From the human T2T-CHM13v2.0 reference genome, Homo sapiens, in assembly GCF_009914755.1 (NCBI RefSeq), contig NC_060929.1: 64,000 nt of DNA; one strand, 5' to 3'. A program made the position numbers and the translations under genes. The notes under the pieces were generated by a model. The model saw only the letters and a program-made list of their open reading frames with translations, was not told the origin of the DNA and made no database searches. How positions within the stretch are numbered: position 1 is the first letter of the stretch; every line of letters starts with the position of its first letter. Of the stretch, positions 14,946-30,164 are shown piece after piece.

Positions 14946-16735
14946 GGTTATTTTCTTATTGTTTAGCTTTCTTATGGCTTCTTGTTGGTTATATTCTTTC
15001 TTTTTTTTAAATTTCCAAGTTTTATTTTAAGTTCAGGGGTACATGTGCAGCATGTACAGGTTTGTTACATAGGTAAACATGTGCCATGGGGGTTTGCTGC
15101 ACAGATCATCCCATCACCCAGGTATTAAGCGCAGCATCCATTAGTTATTCTTCCTGATCCTCTCCCTCCTCCCACCGCCCACCTTCCAACAGGCTCCAGT
15201 GTGTGTTGTTTTCCTCTATGTGTTCTCATCATTCAGCTCCCACTTATAAGTGAGAACATATGGTATTTGTTTTACTGCTCCTGTGTTAGTTTGCTAAGGA
15301 TAATGGCCTTCAGCTCCATCCATGTCCCTGCAAGGGACATGATCTTGCTCCTTTTCATGGCTGCATAGTATTCCGTGGTGTATATGTACCACATTTTCTT
15401 TATTCAGTCTATCATTGATGGCCTTTTAGGTTGATTCCATGTCTTTGCTATTGCGAATAATGCTGCAATGAATATACATGTGTACATCTTTAAAATAAAA
15501 TGATTTATATTCCTTTGGGTATATAACTGGTAATGGGATTGTGCAGTTGAATGATATTTCTGCCCCTAGGTCTTTAAGGAATTGCCACACTGTCTTCCAC
15601 AATGGTTGAACTAATTTACACTCACACCAATAGTGTAAAGGTGTTCCTTTTTCTCCATAACCTTGCCAGCATCTGTTGTTTTTTGACTTTTTAATAGTAG
15701 CCATTCTGACTGGTGTGAGATGGTATCTCATTGTGGTTTTCATTTGCATTTCTCTAATGATCAGTGATAGTGAGCTTTTTTACATATGTTTGTTAGCCAC
15801 ATGTATGTCTTCTTTTGAGAAGTGTCTATTCATGTCCTTTGCTCACTTTTTAATGAAGTCTTGTTTTTTTCTTGTAAATTTGTTTAAGTTCCCTATAGAT
15901 GCTGGATATTAGACCTTTGTCAGATGCACAGATTGTAAACATTTTCTCCCATTCTGTAGGTTGTATGTTTAGTCTGTTAGTAGTTTCTTTTGCTGTGCAG
16001 AAGCTCTTAAGTTTAATTAAATCACATTTGTCAATTTTTCCTTTTGTTGCAATTGCTTTCAGTGTCTTTGTCATGAAATTTTTGCCTGTGCTTATGTCTT
16101 AAATGGTATTGCCTAGGTTTTCTTCTAGGTTTTTTACGGTTTTGGGTTTTACATTTATGCCTTTAATCCATCTTGAGTTGATTTTTGTATGTGGTGTAAG
16201 GAAGGGGTCCGGTTTCAATTTTCTGCATATGGCTAGCCCGTTCTCCCAGCATCATTTATTAATGAGGGAATCCTTTCCCATTGCTTTTGTCAGGTTTGTC
16301 AAAGATCAGATGGTTGTAGGTGTGTGGTCTTATTTCTGGGTTCTCTATTCCATTCCATTGCTCGATGTGTCTGTTCTTGTACTAGTACCATGCTGTTTTG
16401 GTTACTGTAGCTGTGTAGCATAGATTGAAGTTGGTAAGCGTGATGCCTCCAGATTTGTACTTTTTTGATTCTTCCTATCCATGAGCATCGAATGTTTTTC
16501 CATTTGTTTGTGTCATCCCTGATTTCTTTGAGCAGTGTTTTGTAGTTCTCCTTGAAGAGGTCCTTCATTTCCCTTGTTAGCTGTATTCCTATGTATTTTA
16601 TTCTTTTTGTGGCAATTGTAAATAGGACTTTATTCACAATTTGGCTCTCTGGTTGCCTGTTGTTGATGCATAGGAATGCTAGTGATTTTTGTACATTGAT
16701 TTTGTATCCTGAGAATTTGCTGAAGTTGCTTATCA

Positions 16736-17152
<417 letters not shown>

Positions 17153-18257
17153 CTATTTGAATACCCTTTATTTCTTTCTCTTGCCTGATTGCTCTGGCCA
17201 GAACTTCCAATACTATGTTGAATAGGAGTGGTGAGAGAGGGCAACCTTGTCTTGTTCCAGTTTTCAAGGAGAATGCTTCCAGCTTTTGCCCACTCAGTAT
17301 GACATTGGCTGTGGGTTTGTCACAGGTGACCCTTATTACTTTGAAGTATGTTCCTTCAATACCTAGATTATTGAGAGTTTTTAACATGAAGCAATGTTGA
17401 ATTTTATCAAAGGCCTTTTCTGCTTCTACTGAGATAATCATGTGGTTTTTGTCTTTATTTCTGTTTATGTGATGAATCACATTTATTGATTTGCATATGT
17501 TGAACCAGCCTTGCATCCCAGGGATGAAGTCTACTTGATCGTGGTAGATAAGCTTTTTGATGTGCTGCAGGATTTGGTTCACCAATATTTTTTGAGGATT
17601 TTTGCATTGATATTCATCAAGGATATTGGCCAGAAGTATTCTTTTTTTGTTGTTATCTATACCAGGTTTTGGTATCAGGATGATGCTGGCCTCATGGAAT
17701 AAGTTAGGGAGGTGTCCCTCCTTTTCAATTTTTTAGAATAGTTTCAGTAGGAATGGTACCAGCTCTTCTTTGTACCTCAAATAGAATTTAGCTGTGAATC
17801 CTTCTGGTCCTGGGCCTTTTTTTTGGTTGGTTGGTGGGCTATTTTTTACTGCCTCAATTTCAGAACTCATTATTGATCTATTCATGGATTCAATGCCTTC
17901 CTCTTTCAGTCTTGGGAGAGGGTATGTGTCCAGGAATGTATCCATTTCTTCTATATTTTCTAGTTTCTGTGCATAGAGGTGCTTACAGTATTGATGGTTA
18001 TGTGGATATCTTTGGGGTCAGTGGTGATATCCCCCTTATCATTTCTGAATGTATTTATTTGAATCTTCTCTCTTTTTTTCTTTATTAGTCTAGCTACTGG
18101 TCTTTCTATTTTATTAATTTTTTCAAAAAACCAGCTTCTGGATTTGTTGATTTTTTGAAGGGTTTTTCATTTCTCTATCTCCTTCAGTTCAGCTCTGATC
18201 TTGGTTATTTCTTCTCTTCTGCTAGCTTTGAGGTTTATTTGCTCTTGAATCTCTAGC

Positions 18258-18806
<549 letters not shown>

Positions 18807-21531
18807 GATTCTCTAGTTCTTTTAGTTGTGGTGTTAGCTTAACTTGAGGTGTTTCTAGCTCTTCAATGTGGGCATTTTAGTGCTATAAATTTCCCTCTTA
18901 ACACTGCTTTAGCTGCAACTGAGATTCTGGTATGTTGTATCTTTGTTCTTATTAGTTTCAAAGAATTTCTTGATTTCTGCCCTAATTTCATTATTTACCC
19001 AAAATTATTCAGGAGCAGGTTGTTCAATTTCCATGTAGTTGTATAGTTTTTAGTGAATTTCTTAATCTTGAGTTCTAATTTGATTGTGCTGTGGTCCAAG
19101 AGGCTGTTTGTTATAATTTTAGTTATTTTGCATTTGCTGAGGAGTGTTTTACTTCTGATTATGTGATCAGTTTTAGAGTAAGTGCTATGTGGCAATAAGA
19201 AGAATGTATATTCTGTTGTTTTGGGGTGGAGGGTTCTGTAGATACCTATCAGGTCCACTTGATCCCAAGCTGAGTTCAGATCCTGAATATCTTTGTTAAT
19301 TTTCTGTCTTGATGATCTGTCTCATATAGTCAGTGGGGAGATAAAGCCTCCCACTATTTTGCATGGGAGTCTGTCTCTTTGAAGGTCTATAAGAACTTGC
19401 TTTATGAATCTGTGTGCTCCTGTATTGGGTGCATACGTATTTAGGATAGTTAGCTCTTCTTGTTGAATTGAACCCTTCACCATTATGTAATGCCCTTCTT
19501 TGTCTTTTTTCATCTTTGTTGGCTTAAAGTCTGTTTTGTCAGAAACTGGGATTGCAACTCCTTCCTTTTTCTGTTTTCCATTTGCTTGGTAAATTTTTCT
19601 CCACAACTTTATTTTGAGCCTATGTGCGTCTTTGCATGTGAAACGTGTCTCTTGAAGGCAGCATGCCAATGGGTCTTGTTTCTTTATCCAAGTTGCCATT
19701 CTGTGTCTTTTAATTGGGGCATTTAGTCCAGTTATATTTAAGGTTAGTATTGTTATGTGTGGATTTGATCCTGTCATCATGATGTTAGCTGGCTATTTTG
19801 CAGACTTGTTTATGTGGTTGCTTCATAGTGTCACTGGTCTGTGTGCTTCAGTGTGTTTTTGTAGTGGCTGGTAATGGTCTTTCCTTTCTGTATTTAGTGC
19901 TTCCTTCTGGAGCTCTTGTAAGGAAGGTCTGGTGGTAAAGAATTCCCTCAACATTTCCTTGTTTGAAAAGGATCTTATTGCTCCTTCCTTATGATACTTA
20001 GTTTGGCCAGATATGAAATTGTGGGTTGGAAATTCTTTCTTTAAGAATGTTGAATATTAGCCCCCAATCTCTTCTGGCTTATAGGGTTTCCACAGAGAGG
20101 TCTGCTGTTAGTCTGATGGGCTTCCCTTTGTAGGAGACCTGGCCTCTCTCTCTGGCTTCCCTTAACATTTTTTCTGTCATTTTGACATTGAAGAATCTGA
20201 TGATTATGTGCCTTGGGGATGATCTTCTCATGGAGTATCTTACTGGGGTTCTCTGCATTTCCTGAATTTAAATGTTGGCCTGTCTTCTAGGTTGGGGAAG
20301 TTCTCCTGGATGATATCATGAAGTATGTTTTCCAAACTGGTTCCATTCTCCCTGTCTCTTTCAGGTACCCAAATCAGTTGTAGATTTGGTCTCTTTACAT
20401 AATCCCGTACTTACTGGAGGTTTTGTTCATTACTTTTCATTCTTTTTTATCTATCCTTGTCTGCTTGTCTTATTTCAGAAAGATAGTCTTCAAACTCTGA
20501 GATTCTTTCTTCCACTTGGTCTATTCTGCTATTATTACTTGTGATTGCATTGTGAAGTTCTTGTAGTGTGTTTTTCAGCTCTATCAGGTCGGTTGTGTTC
20601 CTCTTTAAACTGGATATTTTGGCTGTCAGCTCCTGCATTGTTTTATCATGATTCTTAGCTTCTTTGCATTGGGTTACAATATGCTCCTTTAGCTTAGCAA
20701 AGTTTGTTTTTATCCACATTCTGAAGCCTAATTCTGTCATTTCAGTCATCTCAGCCTCAACCCAGTTCTGAGTCCTTACTGGAGAGGTATTGTGGTCATT
20801 TGGGGGAAAAGGGGCACACTGGTGTTTTGAGTTTTCATTGTTTTTGCACTGATTCTTTCTTATCTTTGTGGGCTTATCTACCTTTGATCTTTGAAGTTGC
20901 TCACTTTTGGATGGGGTTTGTGTGTGTGTTTTGTTGTTGTTGTTTTGTGTTTGTTTTTAACAGTCTGGCTACTCTTCCACAGGGCTGCTGCAGTTTGCTG
21001 GGGGTCTGCTCCAGACCCTGGTCATCTTAGTTTTTCCCATACCAGGAGGTATCACCACCAGTGAAGGCTGTGAAACAGTAAAGATGGCAGGTTGCCATTT
21101 CCCCTGGAAGCTCCATCCCAGGGGGGTACTGACCTGTTGTCAGCTGGAAGGCACCTGGAGGAGGTGGCTGGGTACCCCAGTTGGGAGGTCTCACCTTGTC
21201 AGGAGGAACAGGATCAAGGACCCACTTAAAGAAGCAGTCTGGCTACTTTATGGTAGAGCAGCTGTGCTGTGTTGGGGATCCCTTCAGTCCCTGATCAGTT
21301 TGGGCTCTCCAAGGCCCACAGGCTGGACAAGCTGAGATGCCTGAATAGCCAAGGTGGCAACCTGCCCTGTCCCTCTGGGCACTCCAATCCTGGGAGACAT
21401 TAGAACTGTATAGAACACAGGTGGTGGTGGCTGGAGGCCCTAGCTGGGAGGAGCTGCCCTATGAGGAGGAATAGGTTAGGGTCCTGCTTAAAGAAGTAGT
21501 CAGGCCATGCCTGGACAAAATAGCCATGCTG

Positions 21532-21842
<311 letters not shown>

Positions 21843-21970
21843 TAGCCATGCTGTGCTGGGGAACAGCATCTGCTCCCGTTGGCTTGGACTCTCCAAAGCA
21901 TGCAGGCTGGAATGGCTGAGTACTCCAAACAACCAAGATGGCGGTCCATCCCCATTCCCCTCCCAAACAT

Positions 21971-21971
<1 letters not shown>

Positions 21972-22008
<37 letters not shown>
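21972..22008. repeat. (CA)n microsatellite in the L1 5'UTR
   Basis: Uninterrupted ca run of about 18 units. Confidence 0.97.
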
Positions 22009-22009
<1 letters not shown>

Positions 22010-22874
22010 ATCTCAGTGAGAGATCAGAGCTCTGTTTATGGAATACAGGCGGGGTGGCTGGAGTCCCTGGCTAGGAGGTTGGGCCCAGTGAGGAAGAATG
22101 GATCAGGGTCCTGCTTCAAGAAGCAGTCTGGCCACATTCTGTTAAAGCAGCTATGCTGTGCTTGTGGTGACCCTTCCTTGTCTGGACCTTTTGGATTTTC
22201 CAGAGCTCTTAGGCTGGAAGAGCTGAGTTGGCCAGACAGCAGAGATGGCAGCCCACCCCTCCTCCCGGGGACTCCATCCCTTCTCAGGCAGGCTCCACCC
22301 TGTTGCTGGTCGCTGGCTGTAATTCCAAGCTAGTGGGTCTTTATCTTGTGAGGTGCCATGGAAATGGGGCCTGCAGACTGATGTTGCTTGGCCCCCTGGA
22401 TTCAGCCCCCTTCCTAAGGGTATGCATGACCTCCCACCTTGTCTGAGCTGCAGACACCCTTGCTAGTGATCCCAGGGCTGGAGTATGTAAAGCTCCTGGG
22501 TCTCTCTGTGCATGCTTGGGTAGCGGCTATGCCGAGACTTCACAAGGCTCTGTGTGTGGGACCCAAGGCCCTAGTGGGGTGGGCCCATGAGGGGTCCCGA
22601 ACCATGGGTTGCAAAGATCGTGGGAGAAACATGGTTTCCGGGGGTCACAAAATCACTCACCACTTCCCTTGGCTGGGGGTGGGGGTTCCCTTGGTGCCAC
22701 AGCCCCACCCTGCTTTACTTCGTTCTCCGTGGGTTGTTTCCCTGATTAGTCCCAGTGTGGGTACCTGGATATTTTGGTTGAAGGTGCCGTATTCACTTGG
22801 CCCTTTCGTTCCTCTCTGTGAGTGCCACGGACCTCAGCTGCTTCTAATCGGCCATCTTGGCCTTATCTCCCACT

Positions 22875-23580
22875 TATTTTCTTATTTTTTATTGTTTAGT
22901 TCATTTTAGTTTTAAGAGTTCATTGTATATTTTGAATAACAGGTCCTTATCAGATATGTCTTGCAAATACTTCCTCCTAGTCTGTGGCTTGTCTTTGTAG
23001 TCCCTTGACAGTGTCTTTCACAGAACAGAAGTTTTTAATTTTAATGAAGTCCAGTTTATCAATTATTTATTTAATGAATTGTGCCTTTGGTGTTGTATCT
23101 CCTGTATTTCAGGAGTTTTTATAGTGTTGCATTCACATATAGGTTTGTGATCCATTTTGTGTTAATTTTTGTGAAGGGTATAGAAAGCTGTGTCTAGATT
23201 CATTTTTTTTGCATGTGATGTCCAGTTGTTCCAGCACCATTTGTGGAAAAATAATATCTCTTCCCCAGTGAATGCTTTTGCTCCTTTGTCAAAAATCAGT
23301 TGACTATATTCATGCGAGTCTATTTCTAGGCTCTCTATTCTGTTTCATTGATCCATCTATTCTTTCTTCAATACCACAGTGTCTTGATTACTATTAGATT
23401 TATAACAGTAAGTCTTAAAGTTGGGTAATGTCAGTTCAGCAACTTTGTTCTCTTCAATATTGTGTTGGCTATTCTAGGTCTTTTGCCTCCCTATATAAAC
23501 TTTACAATCAGATTGTCAAACTTGCTGGGATTTTGACTGGTAGTGCATTGAATCTATAGATCAAGTTGGGAAGATCTGAC
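22875..23580 (-). mobile_element. L1MC-type ORF2 fragment (continuation of 12675-14965)
   Basis: ttttaagagttcattgtatattttg...tccagttgttccagcaccatttg...gcattgaatctatagatcaagttggg. Confidence 0.75.
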
Positions 23581-23584
23581 TTCA

Positions 23585-24990
23585 TTTTTGTTTAATTTGC
23601 ATTTCTATGAGTACTCATTAAGTAGAATACCTCTTCATGTGCTTCTTAGTCTTTTGGTTTTCTTTCTTGTAAATTACTTTGCCATGTCCTTTGTCCATTT
23701 TATTTTGGGGATCCTATCTTTTTCTAGTTGCTTTGCAGGATTTCTATTCTGTATATTGGTCCCTCATTAATTTTACATTTTGCAAATATCTTCCCCCAAT
23801 TTTAGTCTCTTAACTTTATTCATCATTTTGATCATTGACTAGAGATCCTTAGTTTTACTTTAATCAAATTCATAAATTTCTTACTTTATGGTTTGTATCT
23901 TTGGGTTTTGTTTAAAAAGTTTTTTTCTTATAAGTTACAAAGATACTTTCCTACATTTTCTCCTATTAACTTGATAGTTTTATCTTTACATTTAGATTTT
24001 TAATACCCCTGGTGACCACTTTTGGTCCAAAAATTACTTTATTTTTCTTCATGTAATGACTCAATTTTCCCAGTACTGACTCCAAAATAATGAATTCTTT
24101 CCCATTTGAATTGTGGTGTCACCTAAATTGGAAATAAAATAAGAGTCTCTCTAGGTCTGACTCTGAGCAGATCTGTGTCTGATGCTGAGCATTCTATCTG
24201 GTTGCTTTGGTCTATATGCCTGTTCTTGAAGTGCATACCACACTTTTCTTTTTTAACAATGGCTTCATTGTATATCTGATGATGTACTTGTAGAAAAAAA
24301 CTTGTATGGCAAGTTTTTTTCTTAAGTCTTCTTTTTCATCATTTATCTAAATATTTGTATATATCTGTTCTCCTATAAAATTTTAAAACTGTATTTATCA
24401 GTTCCTCAAAAAATGCAACTGGCATTTTGATTGGTATTGCATTGAATTTGTGGATCAATTTGGAGATAATTATCATCTTTATAATATTTAGTCATCTCAT
24501 CCAAGAATATGAATTGTCTTCTTATTTGTTAGGTTATCTTTATATTCTTCATTGTAGTTTCATTTTTTCTCTATAGTAGTCTTGCATAGTCTTGGTTAAA
24601 TTAATTCCTAATACTATATAGTTTTAAATTGTAAGTGGTAGTTTTTCTTTCGAATTTTCTAATATGAGTTTTGTGATTTTGTAAGTTTTAAATTTTTATA
24701 TTAAGTGTTTATCTGGCATCCATGCTGAACTATCTGAATAGTTATAGTAATCATTTTATTCATTCTCGTGGATTTTTATAGGTAGATGATCACATGTTTA
24801 CCCAAAATTTTGTCTTATTTCTTTCAATTTTTACACTTTGTACTTATTTTCTTTATGTTTTGGTCATGACTTCTAGAGTTACAATAAGGAGTAGTGGTAA
24901 TCAAGCACATTCCTGTTTTGTTCCCAATCTTAAAAGGAATACACCTAAAGTTTCTCCAGTAAGAATTGTGGTTGGTATTCTGGGAAGATG
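23585..24990 (-). mobile_element. Old L1ME-type ORF2 fragment
   Basis: ttttgattggtattgcattgaattt; ORF 24824..25015 resembles the RT region (PFKIGNKTGMCL). Confidence 0.6.
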
Positions 24991-26525
24991 GCCATATAAC
25001 TTTGACTCTCTCCATATTGCCTCATAAAAATAGATAGAGGAACAGTAACATCTAAACTAAGGACTCATGACGATATCTAAAATACAGCTAGATGACAAGG
25101 TATCGTGATGACCCTCTAAATAGTGGGAACAAACCACTGTTGTATCCCAGTCCTGTGTATCAGAATTTGAGTAGGACGAAGTGGAGGAAAGGCAACTGAG
25201 TTTCTAATGGTCCTATGAATAGGAAAAGCCTCAAATTGCCATGATGTACTCATTGGAAAGCACAGTGAGGCAAGAAGGGAAGAGAAGCTAAAATTGGGGA
25301 TGGGAGAGGGTAATGTTCTACAAGGTTCAATTTGTAAGAGAATGCAAGTGTGCTATAATTACAATAAAGTCTGACTATTCTGGAGCTACCTGGGTTTATA
25401 AACTCTTAAAATTAATAAACAGAAGTTTCATTTCAAAACAAAACTCCACTCTTAGAAGAAACTGAAGCAAGTACAATATAAATCAAGCTGAACAGAAACA
25501 ATAGGGACAAAAAGAAAGGGCCCAGGTAAAAGTGAAGGAAGCAGAGAAGGTAAATCTCAGAACATGTAGCCACAAAGATACAAAGGTCATTTTAGTTAGA
25601 GCACAAAGCACAAAGGTAGTGCTAGCTAGAGGTACAGTCACATCTCATAAAAAATTATAAAAAGAAAAGAATAAGGAGCAGAATAACCTCTCTACAGACA
25701 GTGAAAGCATGCCAATAGAGATGAAAATAAATTAAAATTTCTACCTAATATTTAAAATGAAGATACAGAAATTTTAAAAATTACAAAACTTAAACAACAA
25801 CATAAAGCAGAATGAGAGACACTAAAGATGTGTTCATTGAGAAAAAATGCCTTGAAAAGAGGGATGACTCAATAAAGAATTAGAAATAAAATTTAAAAAT
25901 CATTATAGAAATAAAGAAGGCAAGTGGATACAACTGATAATGTCTTAAGTAAAAGGTGGAAAGGATGACATTTTTATAAATAAAAAAGACATGAAAAAGG
26001 AGAGAATAATGATATAAGAGAAAGAGATAAACATAGAATGTAGGCAAAGGAGATCCAAAATACAAACAAAAGGAGCCCCTGGAGAAGTCAATGAAAGAGA
26101 ATATATATTAAACACTATGATTGAAGAAAATTTTCCCAAAATAAAAAACAATTTGAAAGCATATATTGAAAAGATCCACTGTGTTCCTGAGAAAATTGAC
26201 TCAGAACAGCTAAAACCAAGATATAGTCTAGTGAAACGATTGGACTTTATTTTAAAAAGGAACGAAAATAAATCCTTTGGGCATCCAAGACAAAAAAAAG
26301 TCATTAATAAGGGGAAAGCCAGATTGTCACCAGACTTTATGATAGTACTGTTTTATGCCAGAAGATACCAGAATAATAAATGTAATAATTTAATGGGGGA
26401 AAAAGTGAGCCATGAACTTCAAATAAAAGCAAATTGATCAAAAGTAAAGGCTGCTAAGTGCTATCAGCATACAAGAGAGATCAAGTGGAAAAAAATTAGA
26501 AGACCTAAACAACAACAAATAATAC

Positions 26526-26885
26526 ATAGCCATGCACCATTTAATGACAGGGTTACAGTCTGAGAAAGACATTTTTACGCAATTTTATCATTTTGCAAGC
26601 ATCATAGAGTATACTTACACAAACCTAGATGGTAGAGCCTACCACATACTCAGGATATATGGTATAGCCTATTGTTCCTAGGCTACAAACATGTTCATGT
26701 TCATGTTACGGTACTGAATACTGTAGGCAATTATAATATAATGGTAAGTATTTGTGTATCTAAACATAGAAAAGACACCATAAAAATACAGTATTATAAT
26801 CTTATGGGACCACTATCAAATAGGCTGTCCATTGTTGACCTATATGTCATTATGACCTAAATGTCATGCATGTGGTGCATGACTA
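26526..26885. mobile_element. Tigger3a (MER7A) TcMar DNA transposon
   Basis: Inverted termini tagccatgcacca / tggtgcatgacta; internal tacttacacaaacctagatgg, ataatcttatgggaccac. Confidence 0.85.
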
Positions 26886-27595
26886 TAATTCTATAGATGC
26901 ATTGAACCCTGAACACTGAAAACAGAGACTTCATACTTCATAATCTCTTGAAGTGTTCATGAAACATTCATAAAAACTGACCTTATCTTAAATTACAAAA
27001 AACCTTAATAAATTCTAAAGAAAAGAAATGAAACACATTTTCTGAGCTTGATATAACATAATAGAAATAATAACAAAATATTAAAAGATCTGTTCAATTT
27101 GAAAATTTAAAACATGTTCTTAAATGATTTGGGGTTTTAAAGGAAAATGTAATATAAAATTCAAAGTTTTGAAAATCATGAAAATGAAAACATATTAGAG
27201 CTATGGGATATGGCTAAAGCAATTATCAGGAAAATATTTATAGCATTAAGTGTCTATTGCAGGAATAATTTAAAAATGAGAATATGAGTTAAATACCAAA
27301 TGCAAACAGCTAGAAAAAGAACAATGTATTTCAAAATAAAGCAGCAGGAAAATTAATAAAGACAAAAGCAGATATTAATGAGATAAAATTAAAGCAGTGG
27401 AATTAACAAATACCCCAAAGTTGTCATTAAAAAAATTACAGGATAGATACTCATTAGTTACTGTAACGGAGGAAAAAAGAAAGGACAAATACATAAAATT
27501 AGAAATGACAAGAGAGCAATAAGGATGAAAAGGGAAGTTTTTATAATCATAAAGCCATTTTGCCCAAATCTATTCAAAACAAAGACAAATACTAG

Positions 27596-27870
27596 GCTGA
27601 GCACAGTGGCTCACAAGTGTAACACCAAGTGGGAGGACCACTTGAGGCCAGGAGTTTGAGACCAGCCTAGGCAACATAACGAGACCTTGTTTCTACAAAA
27701 AATAAAAAAAATTAGCTGAATGTGGTGGCGCATGCCTGTAGTCCTAGCTACGTAGGAGGCAGAGATGGGAGGATCACTTGAACCTAAAAGTTTAAGTTAC
27801 AGTGAGCTATGACCTTGCCACTGCACACTAGCCTGGGTGACAGAGCAAGACCCTGTCTCTAAAATAATAC
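27596..27870 (+). mobile_element. AluJ with a small left-arm deletion and AT-rich tail
   Basis: ggctgagcacagtggctcac...cttgaggccaggagtttgagaccagcc...gcaagaccctgtctct. Confidence 0.88.
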
Positions 27871-27960
27871 ATATATAATATATAAATGTATGTTATATAT
27901 ATTATATATATAAATGTATGTTATATATATTATATATATAAATTAAATATTATATAAATA
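27871..27960. repeat. AT-rich tandem repeat (28-bp unit x2) derived from the Alu tail
   Basis: tatataaatgtatgttatatatattata repeated. Confidence 0.8.
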
Positions 27961-28555
27961 CCAAAGTGAAGTGGATAATTTTTACAGATAAATATGTTTT
28001 CAAAATTGACAGAGACAGAAAGTCTATACTGATCAATATCACAGAAGAAATATAAATATCAAAAAGTAATTAATGAGTTTCCCCATAGTAAAAAGCACCA
28101 ACCTCAGATGTTTGCATAGAATTCTGCCAAACCTTGAAAATCGTCTAATAATAATACTACTTACATTATTGCTGAGAATAGAAAATTAAACTTCTGAATT
28201 TGCTTTATGAATTGAGCATGACATTGATCTCAAAACTTGAGACAGGTTGCACCAATAAAAGAAAAATCAAAACAAACCCCACGCCAGTCTCACTTATGGG
28301 TATTGATGCAAAAATCTTAAAAGATCAGCAAAGACAACCCAACAGAATGTTAAAAAAAAATACATCATTACTTAGTGGAATTTATTCCAGGAATATAAAG
28401 GTGATTTAATCCAAGGAAATAAGTCAATATAATTCATCATATTAATAAAGATGAGAAAAAAGTTACTATTGTATCCACAGATGGAGAAGAGACATTTAAT
28501 AATGTTATTAGTTATGTTAAAAAGACTTAAAAAAAGAGATTTATTGGATATTTCC

Positions 28556-29037
28556 TGTCATAGTTTCCTGAGGATGCTGGAACAAATTATCATAAAATAG
28601 GTGGCTTAAAACAACAAATCTATTTTTTCATAGTTTTGGAGACAAGAGGTTTTTTTTTTTTAATAAGAAGCAGTTCAAAATGAGTATCATTGGGCCAAAA
28701 CAAAGGTGTTGGCTGGTCTGCACTGCCTATGGAGGCTCCAGGGGAGAATCTGTTTCTTGCCTCTTCCACCTTTTGGCATTCCTTGGCTTGTGGCTGCATC
28801 TCCCCCGTCTATGCCACCATGGTCACATTGCCTTTTTCTTCTTTGCATATGTAAAATTTCCCTCTGTCTTCCTCTCATGTGATTGCATTTAGGGCCCTCT
28901 CACATAATCAAGGATAATCTCTCTATCTCAAAATCCTTAATTTAATCATGTCCGCAAAGCCTTTGCCATATGAGGTAACACTTACAGGTTTTAGGAAATA
29001 GGACCTGATATTTGAGGCCACTATTTGCCCTACTACA
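28556..29037 (-). mobile_element. MLT1 (C/D-like) MaLR solo LTR
   Basis: aacaaattatcataaaataggtggcttaaaacaac...ccctactaca; TSD tttcc/cttcc. Confidence 0.8.
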
Positions 29038-30164
29038 CTTCCTCAATGATAAATATAATTCAGCCCCAAACCTAGCATCTTAATAAGGAGACTCTGAAAA
29101 CTTTCCCACTAAAGTCAGGTTCTAGAAAGGGACCAATTTCTACTCCTATATGACATTATTTTGAAGCTATTGACCATTGTAATTAGATAAGAGAAAACAA
29201 CTGGAGGATACAGTAATTGGAAGTAAAGAGATATTTTCAGATGACATGATTATATATCTGGAAAATCCAAAACAATTGATAAAAACTTACCTCAAATAAA
29301 AAAATAGTAACGTAGCAGCTCACAAAATTAACATTTAAAAATCAATTGCTTTTGTAATATAAACAAAACCCATTACAAAATATAATGGAAGAGAATCCTC
29401 TCATTTATGATATAACAAAGAAAGTAAGTGCCAAGTTATAAACTTAATTACAAGTATCCAAATCCTACATGAGAAAAATACACTTGAAAATTACAAAAGT
29501 TGATTGCAACAAATGAAAAAATGTACCTTGTTCTTGGACAGAAAAACTCAACATCATAAAAAATAACATTCTCACTATTTTAATTTATAAACTTGTGAAA
29601 TACCCAATAAGAATATAATCAGATTTCATCCCCACAACCCCCAAATAGACAAGTTGATTATAAAATTTACCTGAAAGGACATCAAACAAGAATAGCCAAA
29701 CACCCTGAAAAAGAAGAGCAATCAAGTGAGAGTGGGAGGAGTTTCTTTTACCAAAAATTAGAATATACCATAAACCCTTTATAATTAACATAATTTGGTA
29801 TTGACACACAAATAGGCAGACAGACTAATGGGACAAAAAATAGAAAAATGAGAAATAAAGTAGAAGTGCATTTGGAAATTTAGTATACAATAAAGACAGC
29901 CTCTCAAATCAGTAAGGAAAAGATACATTTTAAAAAACAAGTATTTTAAAAAATATAGGAAGGATTGTGGTTACTTTAGAAAGATTAATACAACTAGGAA
30001 AAATTCTGCACAATATGTATCAATGGAATTCAGCTGATCAAACTTAAAATATTATTCCTTGCATTATAGTTCTGAGTAGGTACCATAGGTAATAGTTCTA
30101 TTGTGCTGTTCACTTTAAACTAGGGTGATAAAGTTTTTTAATAAGTGGAACTGGGATGCTGTGT

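Larger units (their letters stand above)
24995..29935 (+). mobile_element. Old, diverged L1M element (5' region, ORF1, ORF2), interrupted by Tigger3a, AluJ and MLT1
   Basis: ORF 26117..26437 MIEENFPKIK is ORF1-like; 28200..28409 PVSLMGIDAKILK is RT-like; ttttcagatgacatgattatatatctggaaaatcc (FADD region) at ~29235. Confidence 0.7.

Noticed and set aside
22439-22909. 156-aa ORF as a novel gene
   Set aside because: It lies antisense within the GC-rich L1 5'UTR, appears not to start at ATG, and has no recognisable domain.
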